Positions 29,101 through 41,269 of a stretch of DNA of 52,873 nt are shown in pieces. Each line of letters starts with the position of its first letter. Position 1 is the stretch's first letter. The notes under the pieces are model-generated. The model was not told the DNA's origin. It worked only from the letters and a program-made list of their open reading frames with translations, and did no database searches. Source of the DNA: Spirogloea muscicola (taxonomy: Eukaryota); contig WELB01000013.1 of the NCBI GenBank assembly GCA_009602725.1, positions 1,223,959 through 1,276,831 on the forward strand, read 5' to 3'. A program made the translations under genes and the position numbers.

Positions 29101-32100
29101 GCGCGAGCTGCTGAAGAACAGGGAGCAACTGCTGAAGAGGGATGCAGAGCACCAGAATGGCAGCTCGTTGGCGAGTGCAACAGAGACTGTGGCACCACGG
29201 CGGATGGCGAGGCCACCTAGCCAGGATGACAAGGTAGAAGCAGAGCGCAGGGCTGGGGAGATCAGAGCACGGCTACTGAGAGAGCTTGCAGTGAGAGCAG
29301 AGAAGTCATCCACAGAAGGACCCCAGACTGCTCCAGCAATCCTTGAGAAGCCACTGCCTGACTCTCAGCCAGGGCCAGCGACCCTAGGTGTTGACGGGCC
29401 ACCAGTGAGAGCAGAGAAGTCATCCACAGAAGGAGTCCAGACTGTTCTAGCAATCCTTGAGAAGCCACTGCCTGACTCTCAGCAAGGGCCAGCAACCCTA
29501 GGTGTTCACGGGCCACAAGGCATAATCGAGAAGGACGAGACCGCTGGAGAGAGCAGTGGGGGCCCTCCTGGCAGTGTACTCGATGAAGGACAGCATGTTG
29601 CAGGCAAGGCAAGAGTGGAGAAGGGCAGAGGCCCAACTGGCAGGGCGGAGCTTTTGCTAGGCCAACTGTATGCCGCTTGTGTGGAAGCACGACCAGCTCT
29701 TGCAGAGGAGATTGATCTCTTGCCGCATGCAGTCCCGCAGGACGTTGTTGATGTGGACCATCGACACGGCATATCTGCACCACCTCCAATGCAGGAGGCT
29801 GTGATTGATGATGGTGCAGACATGTCAGCTGCAGTAGTAGACGAACCTGCTGTCAACAGTGGGGGTGCTGAGGACACCTATGTGGGCTCGGCAGAGATAG
29901 GCAAGCGTGCACCTTGTGACCAAGTTAAGGAACAAGAGAGGGACGAGACTCACATAGGGGACAGCTCTTGCGGGCAAGTGGCAAGTGGCAGGGTCTCAGA
30001 AAGCACTGGTCAAGAGAAGGGTCATGAGAAGCATGGAAGCCCTCCTGGTAACAGTCGGCAGGAGGAAACGAGCTTCTGTGACAGAGCCTACACTAGCTCG
30101 GCCAGGGAAGAGAAGGTGTCTCTGGTCATGCAAGCGGAGACCAACCCAGCGGTTCCAGAGGCTGCGGAAGAGACGTTGAGGACCTCCCCTGTTGAGCAGC
30201 CGGCCGTACTTCCGGACGTTGCTCCTGGCAGCAGCAGGTCAGCAGCAAGTCTGCAGCCAGCACAGATGGCAAGCTTGGCCCCAGGAACGGCAGCAGGACT
30301 GCCCGAGCAGCCAAACTCTTTGCTACATCCGCCTCCGGAAGAGATGCAGTTGGATATTGCAGAGCCTGCTTCTGTCCAGGAGCGCGTGGAGCATGTCCCC
30401 ACTATTGAAGAACCTGCACCAGTGCAGATCACTGACGTCAACCTCGGCTCCAGAGCTTCTATCTTGTCATCAGAACCAGCAGATGCGTCTGCGCTTGAAA
30501 AGGCGCCAGCAACGGCAGTGGCGGAGAGTGGCCATTTTGAGGCAGGGTCAGCATGGATACAGGTCCCACCCGACTCCGTGCACACAATCCCGGTGCGAGC
30601 CCCTGTGCCGCACGCCACCTCAACGGTTGAGACGATGTCTCTACTTCAGTCTCAGCTGCAGAGCAGTGACCTGCCTGCCATACCGTCTGCAGCATCTGAC
30701 GGGTTCCTCGGCCGCAAGAAGCCTCTGGTAGAGGCCCCATATTGTTCGCCGCTGGAGATGCTCCGGTCTTACCGCATGTGCCCACACTATTTTCGCACCT
30801 GGGGTCGATCATTTTTGTCCAACACCTGGAGCCATCAGCTCAACTGCCAGATGCCGCTCTGCAAGTTTGAGCAACGAGGTCGCTGTAATGATGGCAGCTG
30901 CAATGGCCAGCACATGCATGACTATCAACCAACACATGAGCAGGTCCTTGGCCAACTCCAAGTCTACTGCAAGGGCAGTGGGCCATTCCTTGACTTGGAG
31001 AGCGCCCATCAGTACACTGCCGAGGAGGTTGAGCTTGCCGCAAGGGCACTAGTCTCTCGTGCTGAGGCCTCCCAGGGCGCTTGTGTTCTGCATCGACCGT
31101 TATCTGGAGCTGGTTCAGGCGGTATCAAATTGCCTGATGATGGTCTGGCGGCTTCTCAAACCTATTCTCGCCCTAGATGTATGCTTTGCATATGCACAAG
31201 CTGCGTCGTAGAATATTGCTTAATGCATAGCTTTGCTCAGTCATGATATGGCATAGAGTTGCATCATGGTCCTCTGCAGGAGCTGATGTGCCATCATACC
31301 TTGTGGGGTCATATGCCTATGGCAAGTGTTGCCTGTGGCGCTTGCTTAAAGGGGCCATGTACAATCTGCCCTTACAATGCAATGGCACTATCAATCAAGT
31401 AAAATCCATCCTGGTGAACTTACCGCGGCCCATGAACGAGAGCATGACCTGCCTCGGAGGCTCGGCTAACTGGAGGGACACTGAAGGCTGGCCTAGACGG
31501 CATCACCACAAGGAAAAGCGCTACTATGAGGTTGACGCCGAGCAGCACATATGACTCTGAGTTGCCCACACTGAGTTGCCCACATGACAGAAACCATTGC
31601 TTTGCATGGCGCTGTCAAGCACTGCTATTGAAGCCCTTCTTGCATTACTTAGTTTGATACTAGCAGACGGCTGACGTTGCAGAGAGAAGGGGAGAACACA
31701 CTGTCCATGACGTCGGTACTTGATTTAGCACTAGGAATGTTGGAGGACGATGCCAAGACAGCACCAAAGGAGGCCGACACTCTCAACAAGGTAGCATGCT
31801 GTGCTGACAGTGTTCTTGAGCACATTTCAAATTTGTGACAAATGGTTCAGTCGTGTGTGACAACAACCAGCATGCCTTATCAGGACTACCAATAACTGCT
31901 ATTGCCTGAGCCAAATTGCAGGCCATGCAGCTCATATCTCAAGGCCTTCGAGCTAGCCCAAACTCTGTGCCGCTGTGGATTCTACAAACACGCCTTCTTA
32001 CCTTCGCATTTTCAGATGACACAGGGCACTGGGAGTTCCTTAAGAAGGTGGTGTGTTTGTGTTGAGTGTCATCTGCATCCTCTGAGCATAAGCATTCGTT

Positions 32101-34159
32101 TGGCAATTGTCGTGCTATTTGATGGACAGAAAGTTCCCACCCCATTTTCATAATGCTCTCTAGCTTCCAACCTGCGTACCTGCGGAGCACTCAGGTTATT
32201 CTTGCCTGCCTTTGCTGTGAAGGTGGAGGAGAATAAGAGCTCTTACGAGCTACAGATTCTACTGATTGCCAGCCTGCAAAGTTGGCCTGACCGCCAGGCT
32301 GCTTATGAGGATGCAATCATTGGTCTTGCAGCACTTTGCACATGTTTGAGAGAAAGTAATGATCAGGACATTGGCAGGCCTGCAAGCCAGCAACTCCTGG
32401 ACCTGGCACTGCGCATGCTGCAGGATGCTTGCTCTGCAGAAAGGCATGAGGAAGCTCGGGCTTGGTCGGAAGACCTTATGACGTGCGCAACCCTCAAAGA
32501 CCAGGCTGACCTGGAGACCCTGGAGAGCTCACGAGCAAGTGCCACCTCCTTACTTACTGGTCTTGACCACGACAAGGAGAGCCTGTGCATTCTGTGGCTC
32601 AGCTGTGCCCATGTTGCTGCACATAGAGAGCTCCCTGAGCAGATAGTATACCACCTCGGCTGCAGCCAGAAGCTGCCGTGGTGCTTGAAGTGGGACGTGC
32701 AGGATATCTCACATGAGCAGGTCGTGCTGGATCTTGTTCACACAGCAGCGGTGCGCTTGAAGCTTTTTGAGCAAGAACAGGGGCCCCTACTGCTCCAAGC
32801 TCAGGATGCGGAGAGGTGCCTGGCAATGAATCTTGTCCAAGTCTTGGCAGTCACAGAGGGTCCAGACAGGGCGCTGGCTGTGGGGGAGAGACTTGTATTG
32901 CACTTCCCGTCTGTGGAGCTGTATGAGGTATGCTATGGTTTGCGGAAGCTTGTAGGCGGACCTGTGGCTGCTTCGCGCTTCTTGGCAGCCAGCGTCGCAA
33001 AGTGGCCCTTGGGTTACCCGGGCCGCGCAAGGCTGTGGAACCGAGTCATGGGCTTTACCCGTGACCACTTGGGGCACGACCTTCAAATGCAGGAAGGAGG
33101 CAACGAGCAAGTCGATGATTGTGTGTACACAGAGGCAGGAGAAGATAAGATCTGGACCTGCATCAACCAGGCCATCTCCCAGCTTTCCATTGGTGATTCT
33201 GCGGCCGCAAAGGCTTCAGTGGAAGCAGCAGTTGAGCACCTCAGCCAAGTTGCAACGAGGGCCGCTAAGCACGCCCTGACTGAAGCCCTGGCATTACTTG
33301 AAGTCTTGCAACGTGCATTACCTGCTGATGCTCCTAGCTGCCTGCCAGCACCCACCCTTCAAGGAATCAACTGGGGCCTGCAGCCGCTTTCTGACCTCTA
33401 TCAGGGGCTAGCTCCTGGCAGCAGCGCTCGAGCAGTCATGGAGTACCTCTGTGGACCACCCCCAGCCCACTTTGCCCTCCCTGTGAAGCTTCTCAAAGTA
33501 TGGTGGAGATGGAAACGAGATCACTCAGCAGCAACAACAGTGAACATGATGGAGTCATCCATGGAAGCCTTTCCTGGCAATGTGGAGGTTGTTGTGGCTC
33601 AATGTGAGGAGTTGCTGGACTTGCAACCGGCATCGGAAGTCAGAGATAGCACACTTTACTGGAGTTCGTCACTGCTGATCGCGGCTCTGTTGGAAGCATC
33701 CCCGCCGGCCAGGCCCGAGCAGTGGCTGCGTGCAGTGTGGTTTTTGATGAGGGCCAGCCTGGACAAGGCAGCTCTGGAGACCAGCCAGTTGGCTGTACTA
33801 GCACAACCCATGGCAGCCAGCTTATGGCGGCAGATGGCACAGCTCCTGAGGGTGCAGCGTCGCGAGGAGGAGTGCGCTGCTGCTCTTCAAAGAGCTGGCA
33901 AGCTGACTGGGAAGGACAGGGATAGAGAGGCATCGGGGCAAGTGCACGTTTCCTGTGGTTTCTGTCATCCTTCTGTGTTGGTGACTTCTCGGGTGTTGCA
34001 AGTATGGTTGGATCACTTTGTCCTGCTTGGGAGAAGCTCGTGTTTTATCTGGTACACATGGTCAATCGTGTGTTAAGGCTGTGACATGATTACGGAGGGT
34101 GGTTGCAGGGGCCCTCAGAGGGCGGCGGGCTCCATGGAGAAGAAGGCGACTTGATTTGA
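26150..34159 (+). CDS. ZFC3H1/Red1-like zf-C3H1 protein (nuclear exosome adaptor family); apparent 1-nt frameshift at about 27862
   Basis: NNLIIRFSESDND, coiled coil EEELVDVHLEEARQSRRRCELQER, zinc-finger block YCSPLEMLRSYRMCPHY...SNTWSHQLNCQMPLCKFEQRGRCNDGSCNGQH, and a long helical (HAT/TPR-like) C-terminal exon from 32223. First and last exons are inferred. Confidence 0.8.
29291..29517 (+). repeat. 114-bp (38-aa) in-frame tandem duplication in a coding exon
   Basis: VRAEKSSTEG(P/V)QT(AP/VL)AILEKPLPDSQ(P/Q)GPATLGV(D/H)GP twice, starting at 29291 and 29405. Confidence 0.95.
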
Positions 34160-34899
34160 CCCAGTGATGGCCGCTCAGCTTTGGTACAAGCCTGCCTGAC
34201 TGTGAGACTTACATGTCGGACAGAGACCCAAGTCGGCCATGGTGATCCGGGATCATTGTTGTGGGGCATTCGTAGGCACCCTATCTTGCTGTTGCTGTTC
34301 GCCCTTGCAGCCTTTTGACATTCATGATTTCAAAGGGGGTGCTTTTGTCTAGACAGTACAACGAGCATGCCATGCCTTTGTGTTGGTGCAATAGGGTCAA
34401 AACCGACACAGGTGAAGTAGGATGTCACTCACTTGTTCTGTTGGGCTTTTGCAGCTTTTTCGCTTCTGTTACTCTATTGGTTGAGGCCATGTGCGCGCCT
34501 CCCTGCACCACTCGTCACCTTGATCCTCATTTCCTTCAGCTCAAATTCCTTTCGATGTTGCTCTGCCACTTGACTTGATACCCATAATAACTAATAGCAC
34601 TTCCACTGAATATACCACTTTCAGCCCTCATGTGTTGTATTGCATTCTTAAGAATTCGTTACTATCGTTTGCCTGTGCTTCTTCTTGCTTGCTTCTCTTT
34701 AGTCCCTTGCTCTCAAGCTCATGAACCTTGACTTGTCACAGGGTGTTGCTTGCTGTGCTGATTGCACTGGAGACATGGGGAGCATGAGGTATAGGGGGCC
34801 AAGCTTCCTTTGGCAGGGGCAGAGTTCCATGGGGCAGAGTTCCTTGGCAAGTCAACGCCGTTAGGCTCAAGCTCCAGCTCATCTGACCTCATTGTTGCA

Positions 34900-35950
34900 A
34901 TCTTCAATCTTCAATCGTTTTTCCGAATAATCCCCTTACTGTTGAGGTCATCCCATGTATTTGCCTCAAAGCAAGCTCCTTGAGCTTAATAGGAATGTAC
35001 CGGGAGGTGTAGTCAAGCAGCTCACATGCCTCTAGACAGGGCTGAGAGCTGCTCATTGATTTGTGGCTTTCTTGACATAGCATCTGAGCCATGCACTTGA
35101 CTTGTGCTCCTTGACCCTGCTAGCATGCAGCCTTACACTTTGTGGCCCGTTCAGAAGACGCTGTAGGACAATGTACCACAAGGGACATGAATCCAATTGC
35201 CAAATCTATTCAAGTGTCACTGTGTGCATCAATTGCAGAGGCAGCCTTGCAGATGACACACACCATTGACCATCTTCGTTAATTCTGGAGTCCAATCCTT
35301 CAGTCAGTGTGCAACTGCACAGCGTCGAGGAGGTCACGTAGGCATAAGCACTGTTTCTAGCATTTGCCATGGGTACGGGTTTGTAGGGCCGTTAAGGAAG
35401 AATCAGTCCACAGCAGCTTTATCCATATGCGATCACCCTTAGCGTGGACGAGCACCTCCATATTGTGATCAGAGCAAGTGGGCAGGGGGATTCCATTCAG
35501 GAATTTGCAGGCACTGATGTATGAAATGTCATCAGAATCTGCGCTTGATAGTCAGCAGTAACACCAGTTCAACATGACTGGTACGAAGGCCCATCTGGCC
35601 TTACCTGTATTGCCCCAACTCCATTGCTATCAATTTTGTAGCCACGAAAGCACTGATACATGTGATACGTCCATCAGATTCTGCTGTCGATGGCCAGGAG
35701 AGACTTCCATCGTGTGAATTTGTGTGTATGGACGTGCATCCGGCCCCACATGACTTGGCTCGAGCGGATTGCTATTCAAAGCCGATTCCTGGCAAAGCTT
35801 CTTGGAAGGTGCCGAAAGCAGATGGTGACGAGTAAGACGAGGAAGTCGTGGCCCATCGTTCTCCCTGGCCCTTATCAACACTGCCACATGTGTATGCCGC
35901 CGGCTCGATGCATTTGCCTCGGTGGACTTGTACTTTGACATGCCTATGAA
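34900..35950 (-). mobile_element. Highly decayed, internally deleted L1/Tx1-like LINE
   Basis: Colinear minus-strand relics: IRSSQVMW..THKF, RPDG, WIKLLW, SAYAYVT (YADD-like), LNRFG and IPIKLKELALRQIHG (zf-RVT-like). Confidence 0.45.
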
Positions 35951-36041
35951 GCAGAAGGGAGGAAGTTAGTCACGTTCTTGCAAGAGGACAGCCCAAGTGA
36001 ACGTGGCGCGTCGCGCTGACGTGCTGCTGTTGACCAGGGGT

Positions 36042-36073
36042 TACTGAGTGGCTATGATAACAGCCACTCAGTA
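36042..36073. repeat. Perfect 12-bp inverted repeat with 8-nt spacer
   Basis: TACTGAGTGGCT-ATGATAAC-AGCCACTCAGTA. Confidence 0.9.
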
Positions 36074-37319
36074 TGCTGAGAGGAGACTTGTCGTTTAATT
36101 TATTTTATGGTCTTCCTTACTGCTACAGTGCTTGCCGCGGAGTAGGACCTACCTTCTACGCCCATACATATCACCTCGACTTATCGGTTTCCAATAGGTG
36201 TCGGCAGATTGAGGCAAGTACGAGCTTCAGAACCAAGGCATCTTGCACCTGACGTGCTGCGTCATGGTGCGAACGTCCCATAAGAGCTACAAGAAAGGTG
36301 ACATCGTTCACGATGGAGGAGGAGAGACACGATTGCTTACACGATTGCTTATGTTACTGACATTGAGTAGCGGGATGTAAGCAAGGAGAAGGATAGAAGA
36401 GCGCCTGGAATCCAACTCCAGAGGAGATGGTCTCCTGTGCCGAATCAGCAGGTGGGGATGAATGTCCAACATGTACCGAATGATGTGGATGTATAAAAGG
36501 TCCAGCAAAGTGTAGTCCTCCATTTTGCTCTGTCACTTAAAGGTTGGCCAAGGGAGCAAATGCTGCAGGCCTTCATGGACCAACTTGCCAGGGACATTAT
36601 GGTGCACAAGAGAGGCCAGTGATGTAAAAGCTTGCGCTTAACCTCGAGGCACTCTTAATTGGCAGCTCAGCTTGCTACCAAAGCTTGTAGCAGCTGTCAA
36701 CTCTTCAGAGGCAATCTTGATAATTTGGCCCAGGCCCTGGTAGCCCGAGGCTCCAAGAGACGACCACATAGTCGACCTCCTGGCCTGCAGACTGACATGG
36801 CCGCTGCACAGGGTGTGAAACACAGCCAAGGAAGCAATTGAGTTCAAAATTGGACTTCCAGATCATCCTGGAAGCCATGCAAAGCAAGCTCAAGCACAGT
36901 GAGTACAGCCTGTCTGTTTAGGCTTACACTCATGAATCCTACAACTTCGTAAAACTTTTGTCTTTTCCAGATTGTCCTACGAACATTCTGAAAGAGCGGT
37001 TCTTATTACTCTCTCTCGAGATACACTTTTTCGTGTATCCGGAGGTACAGATTCTTTTGGAACTTTTTGAATCTATGAAAGGAAGTTTGTGTTTGACAGT
37101 TGACACCTCGGTTCTTACGCAATGAGAAAATCAACTGTCATGGACTGGGTTTCTACAGAAAGAAAGAGATTTGTCTAATTACGATGCACGAGACAGCAGA
37201 CGTAGATTATTAGTTGCTAAATTGAGCTTGAACGAATGCAATATAGCTCTTTGTCATGACCTTAGCCTACCTAGTCATATTCGCTATCAAAATTTTCTAA
37301 ATTAGCTCAACTACCTCAA

Positions 37320-40300
37320 TCAATATGGGAATACCTCATCCTTAATCGCTTGCTCAAGAACATCCTTGATCTTCTGCAATATCTCTTCGGCCCTTTCGGG
37401 AGATAGTTGCTCAATGTCAAGCCTGTCTACACTATGCCATGGTATGGTTAGCTCGAAGTCTCCGGTGCCATCGAGCACTTCCTGCGGAGCACAGCAGACA
37501 TCAAGTGTATCTGAAGCTAATAAGAGCAGCCTGGCTAGGGATTCAAGAATCGTCCTACCTCTGCAAAGCGATCAACCAGGGGCTTCCACAATAAACCCAT
37601 AGGTGCGAGTACGTCGGCAGCACCAAGGGACCATTTGAGCTAACCTCAACAATGAGTCTGACGACATTCTGGGCCTTCGTAAGATGAGGAGGCCATTCGC
37701 ACCACCTCCCAGTGGATTTCTGCGAGTACAGGCCCAGGTGGCGAGTGGGCCTGAACGATGCTCGACCTCAAGAACGTTCTCGGTCTTGTTCACGAGAGCA
37801 TGGTCCCTTGTGGGGTTCATTATCCGCAGATACACCTTCATGACAGCACCGGATGAGGCTGCTGGCGTCGAGAGGACATGGACAGCAACTGGCTGCTCTT
37901 ATCCCTTTCCTGCAGAGCTTAAGTGAGCAGCACGCGGGCATCTACCAGGCTAAGACTAGGGACAGACCTCCAGGCTGTGGCAGCCCCCAAGTGAAGCCCA
38001 TGGGACTTTCCCAATGAAGGGGGCAGGACTACTTCTTCTATACTCCACCATGTCATAAGCATTGCGCAGGACCTCAAGGCCACCATGCGAGAACCTGCCA
38101 CGGAAGAGCTCATTCCCATATCACTAGCATTCGAACGGGCCAAACCAGTAACCTCGGCAATGCGAGTGTCTTCCACGTTCCTGGTTGTGGCAGCAGATCA
38201 CAAACACACGGCCACTTTACACATCACAAGGCAAGATGTGCAAGCTGTAAGCCTTGGAAAGATGAGGCCCACCAGCGTCATGAGGCAACGCCCAAGGGGA
38301 CCTTGGGTACAAGGTCGTGGATGTTGCGCACCCGCAGCATCCGAGCACCTTCCTTTGCTTCCTGTCGCCGCCAAGTGGACAGTCAACAAGGCCAGCAAGT
38401 CAAGCCTGCAACATAGTGGACTTGTTTGTGTTTGCAAATTGGCAGGGGCGGCCTCACCTCTGTAGTTGGCGCCGGTTTCTCCTCATCCCGGAGGTTGCGG
38501 ACTTCGGACCACAGTCTAGCTATAGACGGACGCAAGAGCCAGATACCTCCAGCACCCAGCGCGATCTGTCAAGCACAGAGGCCCTCTGGTAAGGATTGTT
38601 AAGCAGCATACATTCATGTGCTTCGCACAGCAAAACAGACGCACCACGCAATGCGAGGCTGGCCACAGGTTGACACGCGAACCGGCTGTTTGGTCCTTAA
38701 AAAGATGGCGCCTGTTAAGCATGTGGTCAGGATCCAGAACAGGCTGTCATACAGGCCGGCACCTACGGCCTTGGAGACAGAGCCGAGCACATCGGGGATG
38801 AAGTCAAGAAGGGTGAAGAAGTTGATGATGTGCCAGCCTGACGCAAATGGTGGCGCCATCAGGGTGGCTGGCCCAAAGTATTGGGCAAAGAGGCGGTCGC
38901 CAACACGGGGTGCTGCAAAGGTCACGGCTAACTCTGTTGGCAGATCGTAGCCAGCATTCTGGCCGTCCACAAGCTTTTCAAGAAACTCCTGCCTGCGCTT
39001 CTCAGTCCGCCTGTGGACCGACTTCTTATCCCACTTCTTATCGTCTCGGTCAGTAGACACTTTTACAATCGTTTTCCAGCCCTGCGCGTATTTGCCACCA
39101 CAAGGTAATCAACATTCCGCGTTCAGTCGATGTTGGTGCAAGTCCTCACCTGGATGCTCTTCTGATGCCAGAGCCAACTGTGAGCCCAAGGGACCAAGGC
39201 ATGCTGCATCCTGCAACAGCGCACCTGCTTGCGCAGATTCACGACTTTCTTCGCCTCCCTCAGAGTCTCAGCAATGTCAAAAGCACTCAGCGCGGCAAGG
39301 GCCCCTCCCAGGCTGTGGCCCGCCGTAGTCATGCTCCTCACGCGCACGTCGCTCTGCGGTGCAAAAGGCGTCCAGCTTTCATGTCGCCTCCGCCCATTCG
39401 AAGACCACGGGCATTCCGTACCTTTGTGCCGCGTGTGCGGATTCAAGCGTACCTTCTCAAGGCTCTTCAGGATTCTGAGGAGATGGTGGTACACCTGCTG
39501 GCGAGGTGCTCCAAGTGGAGGTTTGTCCCCACTGCTGGATTCCGCGGAGGCCAGCTTCGTCGCCAGCGCATCGCAGTACATCTCCTTGAAGCCGTACGAG
39601 ACGCGAGGGTCGTCGAATTCATCCTGCTTCTCCAAGTACTTTCTAGCCAGAACCAGAGCTATTGGGATGCTACACGAAGGAGGCTCTCCATGTGCTTGGC
39701 CCACTGTTTGGGTTCCGCCAACAGCAGACCAGAGACCACCCCTACTGTGACACCAAGAGGCCACGCCCCTTCCCAGGCAGCCGCTGCCAATGGCAACAAA
39801 GGCCTATGCTGCAGGGTGCCAGTGACGAGGATGATAAGTCCGACAAGGGCTCCCACACTGAGGCCGACGGTGATGCCGAGCTCCTTGAGAGGATCTTTCA
39901 TGTCCAAGGACCCCGACGGGATCGGAGCGACGTCCTGCCCATTGTTCCAGCTTACCATCAATGCCGTGATGTCCTGCCCGACCCGCGTGCACACACAGGC
40001 GCATCACCGTCGGCACGTTATGACAAGTGAGTGCGATGCTGTAAGCAGCGAGGTGAAAGACCACGTGCAGGGTTGGCAAGCACCTGGAACCACTCGCCCC
40101 TGGTGATTGTTCCTCGCCAGATGATCGCAACAACCACCTCATCGCCATCGGCAGGGTCACTGTGACCAATGTATCCGACAAAGTTCTTCACCTGTGGGCT
40201 CGCCTTGAACAGCTTGTAAGCTCCCGAGTCTGCATGCAGCAGGGCCTTGACCTGGCCGCCACCAGGCACAGAATAGCTGAGCACAGTGCTCACCGCTGCC

Positions 40301-41100
40301 TCACGCGGACTCGTTCGTGCCGCCAGGCGCCAACAGCATCGGGTTGTCTATGAGGTACCGCAGATGCAGGCAAGGAGAGAGGGTGGCAAGAGCCACCTCC
40401 CGAGCCGGCACCCTCAGTGGCAGCCTCGCCGGCAAGAGTCGTAGGGCTCCACCTTGTACCGCTTGCCGCCAAGGCTGGTGAGCGTGAGGCTTCTGGAGGT
40501 CAGGTATCCGTCCGGGTCCAGCCGGCTGCGGCCAAAGCGGCTGCTGAACACGTTCTTGGTCTCCAGCGCCTCGTAAGTCGTCTGTGCAAACTCGCCGTAC
40601 TTGCGACCTCGTCGCGCAGCGAGAGCGGTCCTGCAGCCACGAGGGTTCGGACGGTGACGGCCGGACCGACTGCGAGGCAAGTGCTCGTCGCTGGGGGCAA
40701 CCGAGGCGAGCGGGCCAGCACCACTGTCGGCCGGTCGAGGCTGCAGGTGGGGCGTTGACCCACGTGCTCCCGTAGTGCGGCGTGAACAGCCATGGAGGCG
40801 GCTCCCACGAGCCGCCAGCTTAGGGCGCCACTCCGCGTCCCAGCGGTTCCACTCGCGCAGCAGCGCCGCGACGTCGCCCGGGGCCCGCCGCAGCACCTCG
40901 TGCAGCGTCGTGGGCCGCCCGCCGCCGCCGCCCTCGCCTGCGGCGGNAACTGGCCGGCGATATAGCGAATCGGACGGAGAGAGTCCCCGCGTGCCGTCAG
41001 TGCCGTGAAAAAGGTGGACCTCCGTTGACCCAGCAGCGGCTCTCCCCCCTTTCCGGTGTTGCTCCGGCGCGTGCGCCCGTACTTGAGGCCCGCGCGACGC
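37320..41100 (-). pseudogene. DAD1-like phospholipase A1 (lipase class 3), copy A, disrupted; 5' limit approximate
   Basis: YGEFAQTTY, IWRGT, GHSLGGALA, TFAAPRVGD and LRVRNIHDLVPKVP are present. Relative to copy B it has TAG at 39659, a 1-nt deletion at about 39618, TGA at 38278 and a frameshifting deletion at about 37756. Confidence 0.85.
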
Positions 41101-41269
41101 GCGCGCACGAGCGGCCGGCACCGCACGCGCCACGCGTGCGGCACGCGCCGCACGAGCGGCGCGCGGCGCGTAGATGGACCGTCCTGCCAGCAGCTGGAAG
41201 CACGTGCGGCAGCGCCCGCGGCCGCGCCGCCCGGCAGCCTGGACCGCTCGGGCCGCTCACCCCGTCCCT

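Noticed and set aside
39165..40106. 313-aa plus-strand ORF and similar antisense ORFs over the lipases and GC6
   Set aside because: These are shadow frames opposite real coding exons in high-GC sequence.
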